Positions 48,618 through 56,907 of a stretch of DNA of 64,000 nt are shown piece after piece. The position numbers and the translations under genes are program-made. Location: NCBI GenBank assembly GCA_025352965.1, contig JANXRP010000134.1, forward strand, positions 11,179-75,178, read 5' to 3'. The notes under the pieces were generated by a model. The model did not search any database. It was given only the letters and a program-made list of their open reading frames with translations, and was not told the DNA's origin. Origin of the DNA: Comamonadaceae bacterium (GTDB lineage Bacteria > Pseudomonadota > Gammaproteobacteria > Burkholderiales > Burkholderiaceae_C). Every line of letters starts with the position of its first letter. Position 1 is the first letter of the stretch.

Positions 48618-49598
48618 ATGATTATTTCTAAAACTCCTCTTCGCGTTAGTTTTTTTGGTGGTGGAACCGACTTACCAGAGCACTTCTCCAAACATGGTGG
48701 AGCTGTGCTTGGTACGGCAATTGATAAGTTCGTCTACATTTCAGCCTCACGTTTTCCATCCGAGCTATTTGATTACAGTGTGCGGCTGGCTTATAGTAAA
48801 GTTGAAAACGTGAAGAGCGTTGCTGACATACAACATGCCCCTGTTCGCGAAATTTTAAAACTCAACGATATCGAAAAAGATATTGAAATTAGCATTTCCG
48901 CAGATCTTCCCTCCTTTTCTGGGCTGGGCAGCTCTAGCAGCTTTACGGTCGGCATGCTTAAAGCCATCAAAGCTTATAAAAACGAACATATTGCCACGAA
49001 TATCTTAGCTCGTGAAGCCATTCGTATTGAAAGAGATGTCCTCAAAGAGGCTGTGGGCTTTCAAGATCAAGTATTTGCGGCGTTTGGTGGATTTAATATT
49101 ATTGAATTTAGTGGGCAAGATCGAATGCGTGTTGAGCGGCTGTCACTCAGCCTCGATCGTGAGCAAGAGTTAAGGTCGCATTTAATGATGTTCTATACGG
49201 GCATCACTCGGCGTGCGCAAGGTATCGAAAAAACAAAAATTGCCAACATTTCTGCGCTTGAAGGTCGCCTAACGTCCATGCGCCATATGGTGGATGATGC
49301 TCATACCGTATTGACATCCAAATCTTCACTCACTCGTTTGGGCGAGTTATTGCACAAAACTTGGATAGAAAAAAGGCAACTAACCAGTGATGTTAGCAAT
49401 CCAACTATTGACGAAATGTATAAAAAAGCGCTAACAGCTGGTGCTATTGGCGGCAAGTTACTCGGAGCTGGAGGTGGAGGATTTATGCTGTTTTTTGTAC
49501 CACCAGATAAGAAAGTTGCTGTTAAATCTGCGCTAAAAAATTATCATGAAATCACATTTAATATCAACGCTGCGGGCAGTACGATTATTCATTCTTAA
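48618..49598 (+). CDS. GHMP-family sugar kinase, HddA/WcbL-like (D-glycero-alpha-D-manno-heptose-7-phosphate kinase type)
   Basis: 326 aa. N-terminus MIISKTPLRVSFFGGGTDLPEHF, GHMP motif II PSFSGLGSSSSFTVG, and C-terminal KLLGAGGGGFMLF. Confidence 0.75.
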   Translation: MIISKTPLRVSFFGGGTDLPEHFSKHGGAVLGTAIDKFVYISASRFPSELFDYSVRLAYSKVENVKSVADIQHAPVREILKLNDIEKDIEISISADLPSFSGLGSSSSFTVGMLKAIKAYKNEHIATNILAREAIRIERDVLKEAVGFQDQVFAAFGGFNIIEFSGQDRMRVERLSLSLDREQELRSHLMMFYTGITRRAQGIEKTKIANISALEGRLTSMRHMVDDAHTVLTSKSSLTRLGELLHKTWIEKRQLTSDVSNPTIDEMYKKALTAGAIGGKLLGAGGGGFMLFFVPPDKKVAVKSALKNYHEITFNINAAGSTIIHS

Positions 49599-49609
49599 GC
49601 GTCAAAATA

Positions 49610-50176
49610 ATGAGTAATTTTAAAATTCAGCTAGATTCAGTTGCATCCAGTTTAGATCTTTTACATGCTTCTACGGAAACGTCTATCCAAGAAGCAATCG
49701 CCTTACTAAGTCATGCGCTTAAAGTTCGACTGCCTGTTTTAGTCTGCGGCAATGGCGGATCAGCCGCTGACGCACAGCATATTGCTGGAGAAATGGTGGG
49801 CAAATTTCTTGCCGAACGCAAAGCCTTAAATGTGCGTGCGCTGTCAACGGATACTTCTGTGATTACGGCTTGGGCTAACGATGTGAGCTATGACACGGTC
49901 TTTTCTAGGCAAGTGGAGGCCTATGGGCAGCCAGGTGGCGTGCTTTGGGCCATATCGACAAGTGGCAACTCTAAAAATGTGATTGAAGCAGCCTTGCAAG
50001 CTAAAAAACAAGACATGAAAGTAATTGGTATGACGGGCGAAGGAGGCGGGGCATTGGCAAACTTATGCGATATATTGATTGCCGCTCCATCCAAATATAC
50101 GCCTCGCATCCAAGAGATGCATATGATGATTTACCATCACATTTGTGAAATGATTGAAAAAAAATTTGTTAAATAA
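49610..50176 (+). CDS. gmhA: Phosphoheptose (sedoheptulose-7-phosphate) isomerase
   Basis: 188 aa. Contains VLVCGNGGSAADAQHIAGEMVGKF and ISTSGNSKNV. Confidence 0.8.
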   Translation: MSNFKIQLDSVASSLDLLHASTETSIQEAIALLSHALKVRLPVLVCGNGGSAADAQHIAGEMVGKFLAERKALNVRALSTDTSVITAWANDVSYDTVFSRQVEAYGQPGGVLWAISTSGNSKNVIEAALQAKKQDMKVIGMTGEGGGALANLCDILIAAPSKYTPRIQEMHMMIYHHICEMIEKKFVK

Positions 50177-50192
50177 ATTTAAAAGGTTAAGT

Positions 50193-51125
50193 ATGAAGAT
50201 ATTGGTCACTGGTGGTGCCGGTTATATTGGATCCATCTTGGTTCCTAAGTTATTAAATGAAGGACATGCGGTGACGGTCATCGATAACTTCATGTTCAAG
50301 CCTAACTCTTTAGCTGAATGCTGCGCAAATGATGGCTTTAACGTCATTCGAGGCGACGCTAGAAATGAAGAACTCGTAAAAAAAGAAATGGCGAGCGCTG
50401 ATGTCATCATTCCATTGGCCGCCTTGGTAGGTGCACCACTTTGCAAAACTGATCCCATCGGTACGCAAACAACAAACCAAGACGCTGTAGAAATGATTTG
50501 TCGCCTAGCTAGCAAAGATCAACGCATATTGATGCCCGTCACCAATAGCGGCTACGGTATCGGCGATAAGGACAGCGAGTGCACAGAAGAGTCCCCGCTA
50601 CGTCCCATCTCCCTTTATGGTGTGACCAAGGTTAAAGCAGAAGAGGCTGTACTCGCTCGCGAAAATAGCATTACATTTCGTCTAGCTACAGTGTTTGGCA
50701 TGGCGCCGCGCATGCGAACGGATCTGCTAGTCAACGACTTCACTTACCGCGCCGTACATGATCGCGCTGTCGTTATTTTTGAAGGCCACTTCAAACGGAA
50801 CTACATTCATATTCAAGATGTGGTGCGTGCATTTTGTTATGGCATTGATCACTTTGATGCGATGAAAAGCAATGCGTACAACGTCGGACTTGAATCAGCT
50901 AATCTTTCCAAACTTGAACTGGCTGCAGCCATTCAAAAACACGTTCCCAACTTCGTTTTTTTAGAAGCACCGATTGGTGAAGATCCCGATAAGCGCGATT
51001 ACATTGTGTCTAATGCAAAACTAGCAAAAACAGGTTTTGTCACAGAGTGGGGACTGGATCGTGGCATCAAAGAGCTCATTAAAGGCTACACCATTTTGCG
51101 AGACAGCGTCTACGCCAATGTTTAG
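50193..51125 (+). CDS. NAD-dependent sugar-nucleotide epimerase/dehydratase/reductase (extended SDR)
   Basis: Start at MKILVTGGAGYIGS (50193). Catalytic YGVTK. Confidence 0.8.
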   Translation: MKILVTGGAGYIGSILVPKLLNEGHAVTVIDNFMFKPNSLAECCANDGFNVIRGDARNEELVKKEMASADVIIPLAALVGAPLCKTDPIGTQTTNQDAVEMICRLASKDQRILMPVTNSGYGIGDKDSECTEESPLRPISLYGVTKVKAEEAVLARENSITFRLATVFGMAPRMRTDLLVNDFTYRAVHDRAVVIFEGHFKRNYIHIQDVVRAFCYGIDHFDAMKSNAYNVGLESANLSKLELAAAIQKHVPNFVFLEAPIGEDPDKRDYIVSNAKLAKTGFVTEWGLDRGIKELIKGYTILRDSVYANV

Positions 51126-51130
51126 ATTGA

Positions 51131-52336
51131 ATGATTGATATGCAGTGCCGCGTTTGTGATTCAACCGAGCTAACACCCGTTGTTGATCTTGGCGATCAGC
51201 CTTGGTGTAACCATTTCTTGCAACTTGAAGAAGTGGGCAAAGAGCCCTATTACCCACTTCGGTTGGTTTACTGCAAAAATTGCCGTACATCGCAGCTGGA
51301 TTACACCGTTAAAAAAGAAATTATGTTCGGTGACCACACCTACTTATCAGGTGTCACAAAATCCCTTGACGCCCATTTCAGAGAAGTGGCTGAGCAAGTA
51401 GATATTCGATTCTTCAAAGATAAGAAGCAAAAATCTGTGCTGGATATCGGCTCCAATGACGGGACGCAGCTCAAGCACTTCCAGCGCTTAGGCTACGACG
51501 TGCTAGGTGTTGAATCGTCAATGACGACGGCCAAAATGGCGAACGATGCGGGTGTGCCCACATTGCAAGCTTTCTTTAATGAAGCAACTATTAAAAAGCT
51601 TGACAGAAAATTTGATATTTTTAATGCCTCAGGTGTCTTCTTCCATTTGGAAGAGTTGCACTCGGTTTGCGAAGGCATCCGACTAGGCTTAAATGACGAT
51701 GGCGTGTTTGTTGTTCAATTTCTCTACATGAAAAGCATCATGGAGAATCTAGCCTTTGATCAAATCTACCACGAGCATTTGCTCTACTACACGCTAGAGA
51801 CCATTGAAACACTGCTCAATCGCCACGGATTAGAAATGTTTGATGCACGGCTAGCCTCGATTCACGGCGGATCCATCATCGGCTACGTCGGGCACAAAGG
51901 CGCAAGACCCGTTTCGGCGCAATTGATAGCTATGCGTCAAACTGAAGATGCCAGCGACTGCAACAAGATTGAGGCCTATCACGCCTTCCACGACCGCATC
52001 AAGCAGATGAAGTTAGAGAACGTAGCTTATCTGCGCGCAGCAAAAGCGAGTGGCAAGCGTATTTGGGGGTTTGGTGCGCCAGTCAAAGGCAACACCATGC
52101 TCAATTATTTTGGCGTAGGACCCGATTTAATTGAATGTTTAACTGAAAAAAATAAGCTCCGCAAAGGTCTCTACTCGCCTGGCATGCATATCCCTATCGT
52201 CATAGAAGATGAGTTAACTGAAAAACCTGATGTTTATTACGTATTTGCATGGAATTTCAAAAACGAAATTCTTAAAAATAATCAACACCTCATAGACGCT
52301 GGCGTCGAGTTTTATTTCCCTGTTAATCCAGCTTAA
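51131..52336 (+). CDS. NDP-sugar C-methyltransferase (TylC3/EvaC-type architecture)
   Basis: 401 aa. N-terminal Zn-ribbon CRVCDS...CKNC, SAM motif VLDIGSNDGTQL, and a C-terminal C-methyltransferase-type domain. Confidence 0.75.
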   Translation: MIDMQCRVCDSTELTPVVDLGDQPWCNHFLQLEEVGKEPYYPLRLVYCKNCRTSQLDYTVKKEIMFGDHTYLSGVTKSLDAHFREVAEQVDIRFFKDKKQKSVLDIGSNDGTQLKHFQRLGYDVLGVESSMTTAKMANDAGVPTLQAFFNEATIKKLDRKFDIFNASGVFFHLEELHSVCEGIRLGLNDDGVFVVQFLYMKSIMENLAFDQIYHEHLLYYTLETIETLLNRHGLEMFDARLASIHGGSIIGYVGHKGARPVSAQLIAMRQTEDASDCNKIEAYHAFHDRIKQMKLENVAYLRAAKASGKRIWGFGAPVKGNTMLNYFGVGPDLIECLTEKNKLRKGLYSPGMHIPIVIEDELTEKPDVYYVFAWNFKNEILKNNQHLIDAGVEFYFPVNPA

Positions 52337-52349
52337 TTGGACTGCCGCA

Positions 52350-53240
52350 ATGCCCTCTTCCCAAGCCATTCAAGTGCTGCAACATGCGTTATCTAGTCTC
52401 ACGCATCCCATCGTCATCGCTGATCTAGGATCCTCAGGCAATGCCGTGACGCCCTTGCCTGATTGGTTTACTAAATATGCAGTGTCGATCTCAATTGATG
52501 CCTTAACACCTGGTGAATCGAACAGCAGCCTTTTTTCAAAAAATATTGTTGTATCAGGCTTGGCCGTCAGTGATGCTATTGGCTTAGGCACGCTGATTGA
52601 GCGCCAGTTCTCTATGTGTAGTGGACTCAATGAGGTTTACCCAAATGAAGTAGCAACATACGGGATTGAGTCGTTTTATCAAGAGGTAAAGCGGATCAAC
52701 ATGGCAACAACGACTTTGCCAGAAATACTGAAAGAGCATGGACTACTCCAGATTCATTACCTCAAATTAGATCTTGAAGGCTCGGATCTTGCCGTGTTGG
52801 ATTCGTGCGCTGGTGTACTCAAAGCATGCGCCTTATTGCAAGCAGAGCTGCGCAATACACCGCTTTATGTTGGCGAAAAAACATTGGGAGAGAGCCTCAC
52901 CCATATCAATCGCCAAGGTTTTGACTTGATTGATATGAAAAATGAATTTTGGAAACGAAAAACACCCAACCGCCACCGAGTCAGTCATGGAAATCTCGCT
53001 TACTCGGATGCGGTATTTACAAGGGAAATAAAACCTGAAAACGATATCGCAATCGTCATCCACGCACTCCTGCTTCATTTTTATGGCTACACCAATTTAG
53101 CGGAGCATTGGTTAATTGATCAAATGATGACCGATACGCAGCTGCGCCTAGCCTTATTTGGAGTGCTGTTCGATCCTGAAACACTCCTGCAGCAGCCTTT
53201 CAATCATGCTTTCTTTACCCATTTAGCACTTGCTCGTTAA
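52350..53240 (+). CDS. FkbM-family methyltransferase
   Basis: 296 aa. IVIADLGSSGN and the FkbM hallmark IHYLKLDLEGSDLAVL. Confidence 0.55.
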   Translation: MPSSQAIQVLQHALSSLTHPIVIADLGSSGNAVTPLPDWFTKYAVSISIDALTPGESNSSLFSKNIVVSGLAVSDAIGLGTLIERQFSMCSGLNEVYPNEVATYGIESFYQEVKRINMATTTLPEILKEHGLLQIHYLKLDLEGSDLAVLDSCAGVLKACALLQAELRNTPLYVGEKTLGESLTHINRQGFDLIDMKNEFWKRKTPNRHRVSHGNLAYSDAVFTREIKPENDIAIVIHALLLHFYGYTNLAEHWLIDQMMTDTQLRLALFGVLFDPETLLQQPFNHAFFTHLALAR

Positions 53241-53252
53241 AAACCCCCGATC

Positions 53253-54164
53253 ATGAACATTCTTTTAACAGGCGGCAGTGGATTTTTAGGTACGGCACTT
53301 AATCAATTTTTACAAAGCGCTGGTCATGCCGTGCAATCGCTGGATTCAAAAAATTGTGATCTGACGAGAAGTGATAGTCTTTTAAGCTTCAACCACACGA
53401 AATGGGATCAAATTATTCATCTAGCAGCTTGGACGCAAGCGGGTGATTTTTGTCTCAAACATCCAGGTGAGCAATGGGTGATTAACCAGAAGATCAACAC
53501 GCATGTACTAGATTTTTGGCAAAGCCAACAACCACAAGCCAAGCTCGTATTCATGGGCACCAGCTGCGCCTACGCAGAAGGGTCAAATCTGCGCGAATCA
53601 GAATATATGGATGGTGAGCCAACGCCCAGCCTCTATACCTATGCGATGACCAAGCGAATGCTGTATCAAGGTGCTCGAGCCTTACATCAGCAGTTTGGCT
53701 TGAACTACCTGTGCATTGTCCCCTCCACGCTTTACGGCACGGGTTACCACACGGATGGACGTCAAATGCATTTTATTTTCGATTTAATTCGCAAGATTAT
53801 TCGTGGTCATGAATACGCGGAACCTGTTGTGCTCTGGGGTGATGGCCTGCAAAAAAGAGAGCTCGTTTGGTTGGATGACTTTATTCACATCATGTGGGAT
53901 CTCAATCAAAAAACAGCCAATGATATTTTTAATATTGGCGCAGGCACAGAACACACGATTCGACACTTTGCAAGGCTTATCTGTGCATCCGTTGGCTACG
54001 ATGTATCCAAAATTGAATATGACACAGCACGTTATGTGGGTGCAACTTCTAAATGTTTGAATATAGACAAGACAACGAACGCACTTAAAGAGCTACCGCA
54101 AACGGAGCTCAGTCTTGGTATTCAAAAAATCGTGGCTTGGTTTTATGAACATAAAGCTTACTAA
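53253..54164 (+). CDS. NAD(P)-dependent sugar-nucleotide epimerase/reductase (GDP-fucose-synthase-like SDR)
   Basis: 303 aa. Contains LTGGSGFLG and the catalytic YAMTK. Confidence 0.75.
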   Translation: MNILLTGGSGFLGTALNQFLQSAGHAVQSLDSKNCDLTRSDSLLSFNHTKWDQIIHLAAWTQAGDFCLKHPGEQWVINQKINTHVLDFWQSQQPQAKLVFMGTSCAYAEGSNLRESEYMDGEPTPSLYTYAMTKRMLYQGARALHQQFGLNYLCIVPSTLYGTGYHTDGRQMHFIFDLIRKIIRGHEYAEPVVLWGDGLQKRELVWLDDFIHIMWDLNQKTANDIFNIGAGTEHTIRHFARLICASVGYDVSKIEYDTARYVGATSKCLNIDKTTNALKELPQTELSLGIQKIVAWFYEHKAY

Positions 54165-54179
54165 TCAGCGTCTCTTTGC

Positions 54180-54884
54180 ATGAAAAAATTAACAGCATTG
54201 ATACTGGCTGGTGGATTCGGAACAAGGCTGCAAAGCGTTGTCAAAGATGTCCCCAAACCCATGGCCGACGTGCGGGGTGAACCATTTTTAGCGCACCTCA
54301 TACGCTACTACCAATTACAAGGCGTGACTCAGTTTGTGTTGTCCGTTGGGTACAAGGCTGACACCATCATCGATTATTTTAGCGATAGCTTTGAGTCAGC
54401 CTCCATACAATACATCCGCGAGAATGTGCCGCTTGGTACTGGCGGTGCGATCAAATACGCGCTCAACCATCTTGCAACCGATTGGCAACCAGATTTGATC
54501 CTCAACGGTGACACGTGGTACGAGGCCAATGTCTCTGAGCTGATTGGATTTGCGATGGCTAAGCATGTCCCTGTTTCTCTATCAGTCAAACCCTTGCCGT
54601 TAAATGATCGGTACGGATCAGTCGTACTTGAAGCAAGTGGACGTATCAGCGGTTTTCGCGCAGATCCAAGTGATCACGCTAATATCAACGCAGGCTGTTA
54701 TTACATCCAAGCTGCGACCTTGCAAACTATCCTTGCCGGCTATCCAGATACCTTTTCGTTTGAATCTAGCTGCCTACCCCAGCTCGCTCAAGCAGGTCAA
54801 CTTTCAGGCTATATTTGCGATGCCACGTTCTTAGATATTGGCATACCCGAAGACTACGCCAAAGCAGCTAGCTTGCTGCCTTGA
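54180..54884 (+). CDS. Sugar-1-phosphate nucleotidyltransferase, HddC-like
   Basis: 234 aa. Contains [22 protein letters not shown]. The 3' end overlaps the convergent galU by 17 nt. Confidence 0.75.
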   Translation: MKKLTALILAGGFGTRLQSVVKDVPKPMADVRGEPFLAHLIRYYQLQGVTQFVLSVGYKADTIIDYFSDSFESASIQYIRENVPLGTGGAIKYALNHLATDWQPDLILNGDTWYEANVSELIGFAMAKHVPVSLSVKPLPLNDRYGSVVLEASGRISGFRADPSDHANINAGCYYIQAATLQTILAGYPDTFSFESSCLPQLAQAGQLSGYICDATFLDIGIPEDYAKAASLLP

Positions 54885-55767
54885 GATACGCTCTGAAGTC
54901 ATCCCTCGTCTCAGGATGCTTAAGCCCACAAGCCACCGTCGCCTGCAAGTAACCTAGCTTCGAGCCGCAGTCATAGCGTGTACCCGTAAATCGATTCGCA
55001 ATCACGGGTTTATCTTTCAGCATCGCAGCAATCGCATCGGTTAACTGCAATTCACCGCCCGCACCAGGCTTGATATTTTCAATATATGAAAAAATATCAG
55101 CATCCAAGATGTAACGTCCGACAACTGCCAAGGTGCTTGGGGCAACTTCTGGCTTTGGTTTTTCAACAATATCTGTCACGATTTCATTCAAGGTATCAAG
55201 CGCCGTAGTCGACACGATGCCGTAACTAGCCGTTTGACTACGCTCGACGTTTTGCACTGCCAGTACGCTCGCACCACCATGAGTTTTGTAGGCTTGTATC
55301 ATTTCAGTTAAAGCGCCCTCACCGCCTGCCCTAGCGTCAATAAAGTCATCAGGAAGAATGACGGCAAATGGCTCATCGCCCACCAACGCCTTCGCCATCA
55401 GCACAGCATGGCCAAGACCGAGTGGCTCGGACTGCCGCGTATAGCTAAAGTTAATGCCTTTGGGCGATGTGCCCCGTGCAATAGCAAGCAAGTCAGCTTT
55501 GCCGCGCGCCTCCAGTTCCGTCTCTAGTTCATATGCTTTATCAAAGTGATCTTCAATACTGCGCTTGGTGCGTCCTGTTACAAAAATGATGTCGGTGATG
55601 CCCGCTGCAATCGCTTCTTCCACCGCGTATTGAATGAGGGGCTTGTCCACAATAGGCAACATCTCTTTGGCGATAGCTTTGGTCGCAGGAAGGAAGCGGC
55701 TGCCCATACCCGCAACAGGAAAAACAGCTTTACGAATTGGCTTTGCAGGCTGGGTAATGTAGGTCAT
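54868..55767 (-). CDS. galU: UTP--glucose-1-phosphate uridylyltransferase
   Basis: Start at [47 protein letters not shown] (55767). Classic GalU N-terminal motif. Confidence 0.9.
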   Translation of the reverse strand: MTYITQPAKPIRKAVFPVAGMGSRFLPATKAIAKEMLPIVDKPLIQYAVEEAIAAGITDIIFVTGRTKRSIEDHFDKAYELETELEARGKADLLAIARGTSPKGINFSYTRQSEPLGLGHAVLMAKALVGDEPFAVILPDDFIDARAGGEGALTEMIQAYKTHGGASVLAVQNVERSQTASYGIVSTTALDTLNEIVTDIVEKPKPEVAPSTLAVVGRYILDADIFSYIENIKPGAGGELQLTDAIAAMLKDKPVIANRFTGTRYDCGSKLGYLQATVACGLKHPETRDDFRAYLKAAS

Positions 55768-55784
55768 AAAAGAACTTAAAGAGC

Positions 55785-56900
55785 TTAGAGAACTTGAATG
55801 CGTTGATGATCTTGCAGATGGAGGAATTCCTTGAATTCTCGCACTAGTTGCTCGCTTTGAATCACCGCCCCACTCCAAGCTTTTTCGCGCCCAGCAAAGT
55901 TGTCCGCATAAACATGGAAATCTTGCCGATCAGGAATCTTGCCATCTGGCAATGTTCGCGCCCACTCTAGCATTGGTGCCAGCACCACGACATTGTCTAA
56001 AAATGTGGTGCTTTTATGCCGCCACTTGAGCGCCTTATCCAACCATCCCGCAATCAAGTGCTTTTGAAAATGAGGGATCAACACAATCTCATCATCATGT
56101 AACTTGCCCGCGTAATTCATGTGACAGTGATAGTCTGTCAACCCACCGTCCCAGTACGAACCTTGCGGCGCACCTGCAATGTCATTCATTGCATTCAAAA
56201 CAAATGGGATGGAGCAAGATGCCTGCAAAGCCGCGTAGAAATTGGCTTGCACGAGGGGTAGTTGCTGCGTCGCGTAATCGGAAGTATCAAACGGCAACTC
56301 ACCCTCATCGTATCCACTGCTAAACACCACTCGTTCCATCAATCCACCCATCGCACGGCGAGCGGCTAAGTTAGCAAAGTAAGCCGCCGCAAAGCCAAGC
56401 ATCGTGCGGACTTGCAGCCTTTTATCAGATTGCGTTTGGCGTAAAAATCCACGACCACGCGAGGTAATGATATGCAAGTTGTAGCGCGGATGATTGAGTA
56501 CCTCTTGCAGATGATTTTCAAAAAATGAAACGAGCGCCTTTGAAAACTCCGTACTCACAAACTCGGCGCTTGGCATCACTCGCTTGCCGCGCTGGTTATA
56601 CACGGGCTCGTAATCTTGAGCGATGTAGTCCTTTGTCAGTCTCTCAAATCCAGCTTCGCAGTCATCCATACACGCCGTTGCCATACGCCATGCGCCAATC
56701 GATGCGCCCAGCAAATCAACGGGCTGGCTGGACGTTTTAAGCCATTCGCCAAAAATAAATTTATCCAAACCCAAGAGCAGCAAGCCTTTCGGGCCACCTG
56801 CTGCGCCCGCCACCACGCGAATATCTTTGGCTTGCAAGCCATTTTTTGCAATGTGCGCTTTGGCTTTTTTTCCTGCGTAAATGGCGAGTGCTTGAGTCAT
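55785..56900 (-). CDS. Patatin-like phospholipase family protein
   Basis: 371 aa. Oxyanion GGAAGGPKG, nucleophile elbow GxSxG (GASIG) and a DGG motif (YWDGGLTDY). Confidence 0.7.
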   Translation of the reverse strand: MTQALAIYAGKKAKAHIAKNGLQAKDIRVVAGAAGGPKGLLLLGLDKFIFGEWLKTSSQPVDLLGASIGAWRMATACMDDCEAGFERLTKDYIAQDYEPVYNQRGKRVMPSAEFVSTEFSKALVSFFENHLQEVLNHPRYNLHIITSRGRGFLRQTQSDKRLQVRTMLGFAAAYFANLAARRAMGGLMERVVFSSGYDEGELPFDTSDYATQQLPLVQANFYAALQASCSIPFVLNAMNDIAGAPQGSYWDGGLTDYHCHMNYAGKLHDDEIVLIPHFQKHLIAGWLDKALKWRHKSTTFLDNVVVLAPMLEWARTLPDGKIPDRQDFHVYADNFAGREKAWSGAVIQSEQLVREFKEFLHLQDHQRIQVL

Positions 56901-56907
56901 GCTAGCG

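Noticed and set aside
35602-54884. The island as an integrative mobile element, prophage or transposon.
   Set aside because: I read no integrase, recombinase, transposase, phage structural gene, flanking direct repeat or tRNA attachment site at either boundary. The single tRNA in the window is 26 kb away.
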